Position numbers and translations under genes: made by a program. Positions 25,042 to 25,797 of a DNA stretch of 25,797 nucleotides are shown one piece after another (position 1 is the stretch's first letter; each line of letters opens with the position of its first letter). This stretch comes from Eledone cirrhosa. Taxonomy: Eukaryota. The stretch lies in assembly GCA_964016885.1 (NCBI GenBank), contig CAXHJY010000930.1, positions 1-25,797 of the forward strand, written 5' to 3'. Below the pieces are notes generated by a model, which saw only the letters and a list, made by a program, of their open reading frames with translations, was not told where the DNA came from and did no database searches.

Positions 25042-25797
25042 TAACATTATTCTAGAAATTAATTTAATTTAAATGTTAGTTAACCTATAAATTTAATTTA
25101 ATTAATATTTTATTACAGTTGAGAAATTATTATGTAATCATAAATTGTGAAAAACCTTTAAATATTACTAATATATACTTAGTAATTTAATTTATAGATT
25201 AATTTTAATTTATTTAAACCTTTTTATAATAATCTTTTACAGATAAAATATAACAAAATAATATCATGTATCCAATGACGGAGAAAGAATTTTTAGTATT
25301 ATAGACCTAATTAATATACTTTTTGGAAATATATTTATTATTTGGTTTTAGTTTTAATCAACCTAAAACTTTAATTTTAATTCGCTTAAATTAGTATCCT
25401 TATACAGACGAATTGCAGAATGTCATGTAATCATAGAATGGGATGTGTTTTGGATATATACCTAGTTAATATATTCTGTGCAATTTTTTGAATAAGATAT
25501 GTATATGTATATGTAATGTATATGTGTGCGTTGTGTATGTGTATCTGTATGTATGTTTATGTGTGTATATATGTATATATGTATATATATGTATATATAT
25601 ATATATATATGTGTGTATATGTATGTATATGTGTATGTGTATGTATATGTATATGTATGCGTATTAATTTTGATTTTTATTTGCATATAATTATATTATG
25701 CTATTGATGAAATACAATATCTGCTTTATGTATTGTATACCTAATTAACATATACTAATTAACGTATACTATTGAAATAAATATATAATTTTTAATT
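22858..25797 (+). mobile_element. Penelope-like retroelement, right (inverted) copy, continuing beyond the window
   Basis: Mirror image of the left copy, including the AT-rich 3' region and its (TG/TA) microsatellite at about 25498-25660. Confidence 0.85.

Larger units (their letters stand above)
19916..25797. repeat. Giant spacer-less palindrome, axis 22857/22858, at least 2.94 kb per arm, runs off the window end
   Basis: The centre reads ..GGATTTATACTTTTT|AAAAAGTATAAATCC.. Mirrored ORF coordinates all sum to 45715. The last bases of the window mirror 19916 onward. Confidence 0.98.

Overview
AT-rich, microsatellite-dense animal genomic DNA. The SINE/LINE repertoire suggests a cephalopod such as Octopus (inference). 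The left half is intronic sequence of a + strand host gene: two clean coding exons (8173-8322, 10348-10438) and one candidate upstream exon (4191-4252) encode a RASEF/Rab45-CRACR2A-like coiled coil. They are interspersed with RTE and CR1-like LINE fragments, tRNA-derived SINEs and MITE-like inverted repeats. A 3.3-kb (TA)nAG array (13357-16671) is followed by the main feature, a Penelope-like retroelement (RT plus C-terminal GIY-YIG, CxCx5Cx5C and CxLCxxE motifs, probably Hydra clade). It is present as a spacer-less head-to-head palindrome with its axis at 22857/22858 and at least 2.9 kb per arm. Both copies are 5'-truncated at the same base. On the left copy's sense strand, about 3.7 kb past the stop codon and about 190 nt before the TA array, lies a type I hammerhead ribozyme fold with a very long stem II (16860-17015, - strand). 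A fold-back sequencing or assembly artefact cannot be excluded for the palindrome.
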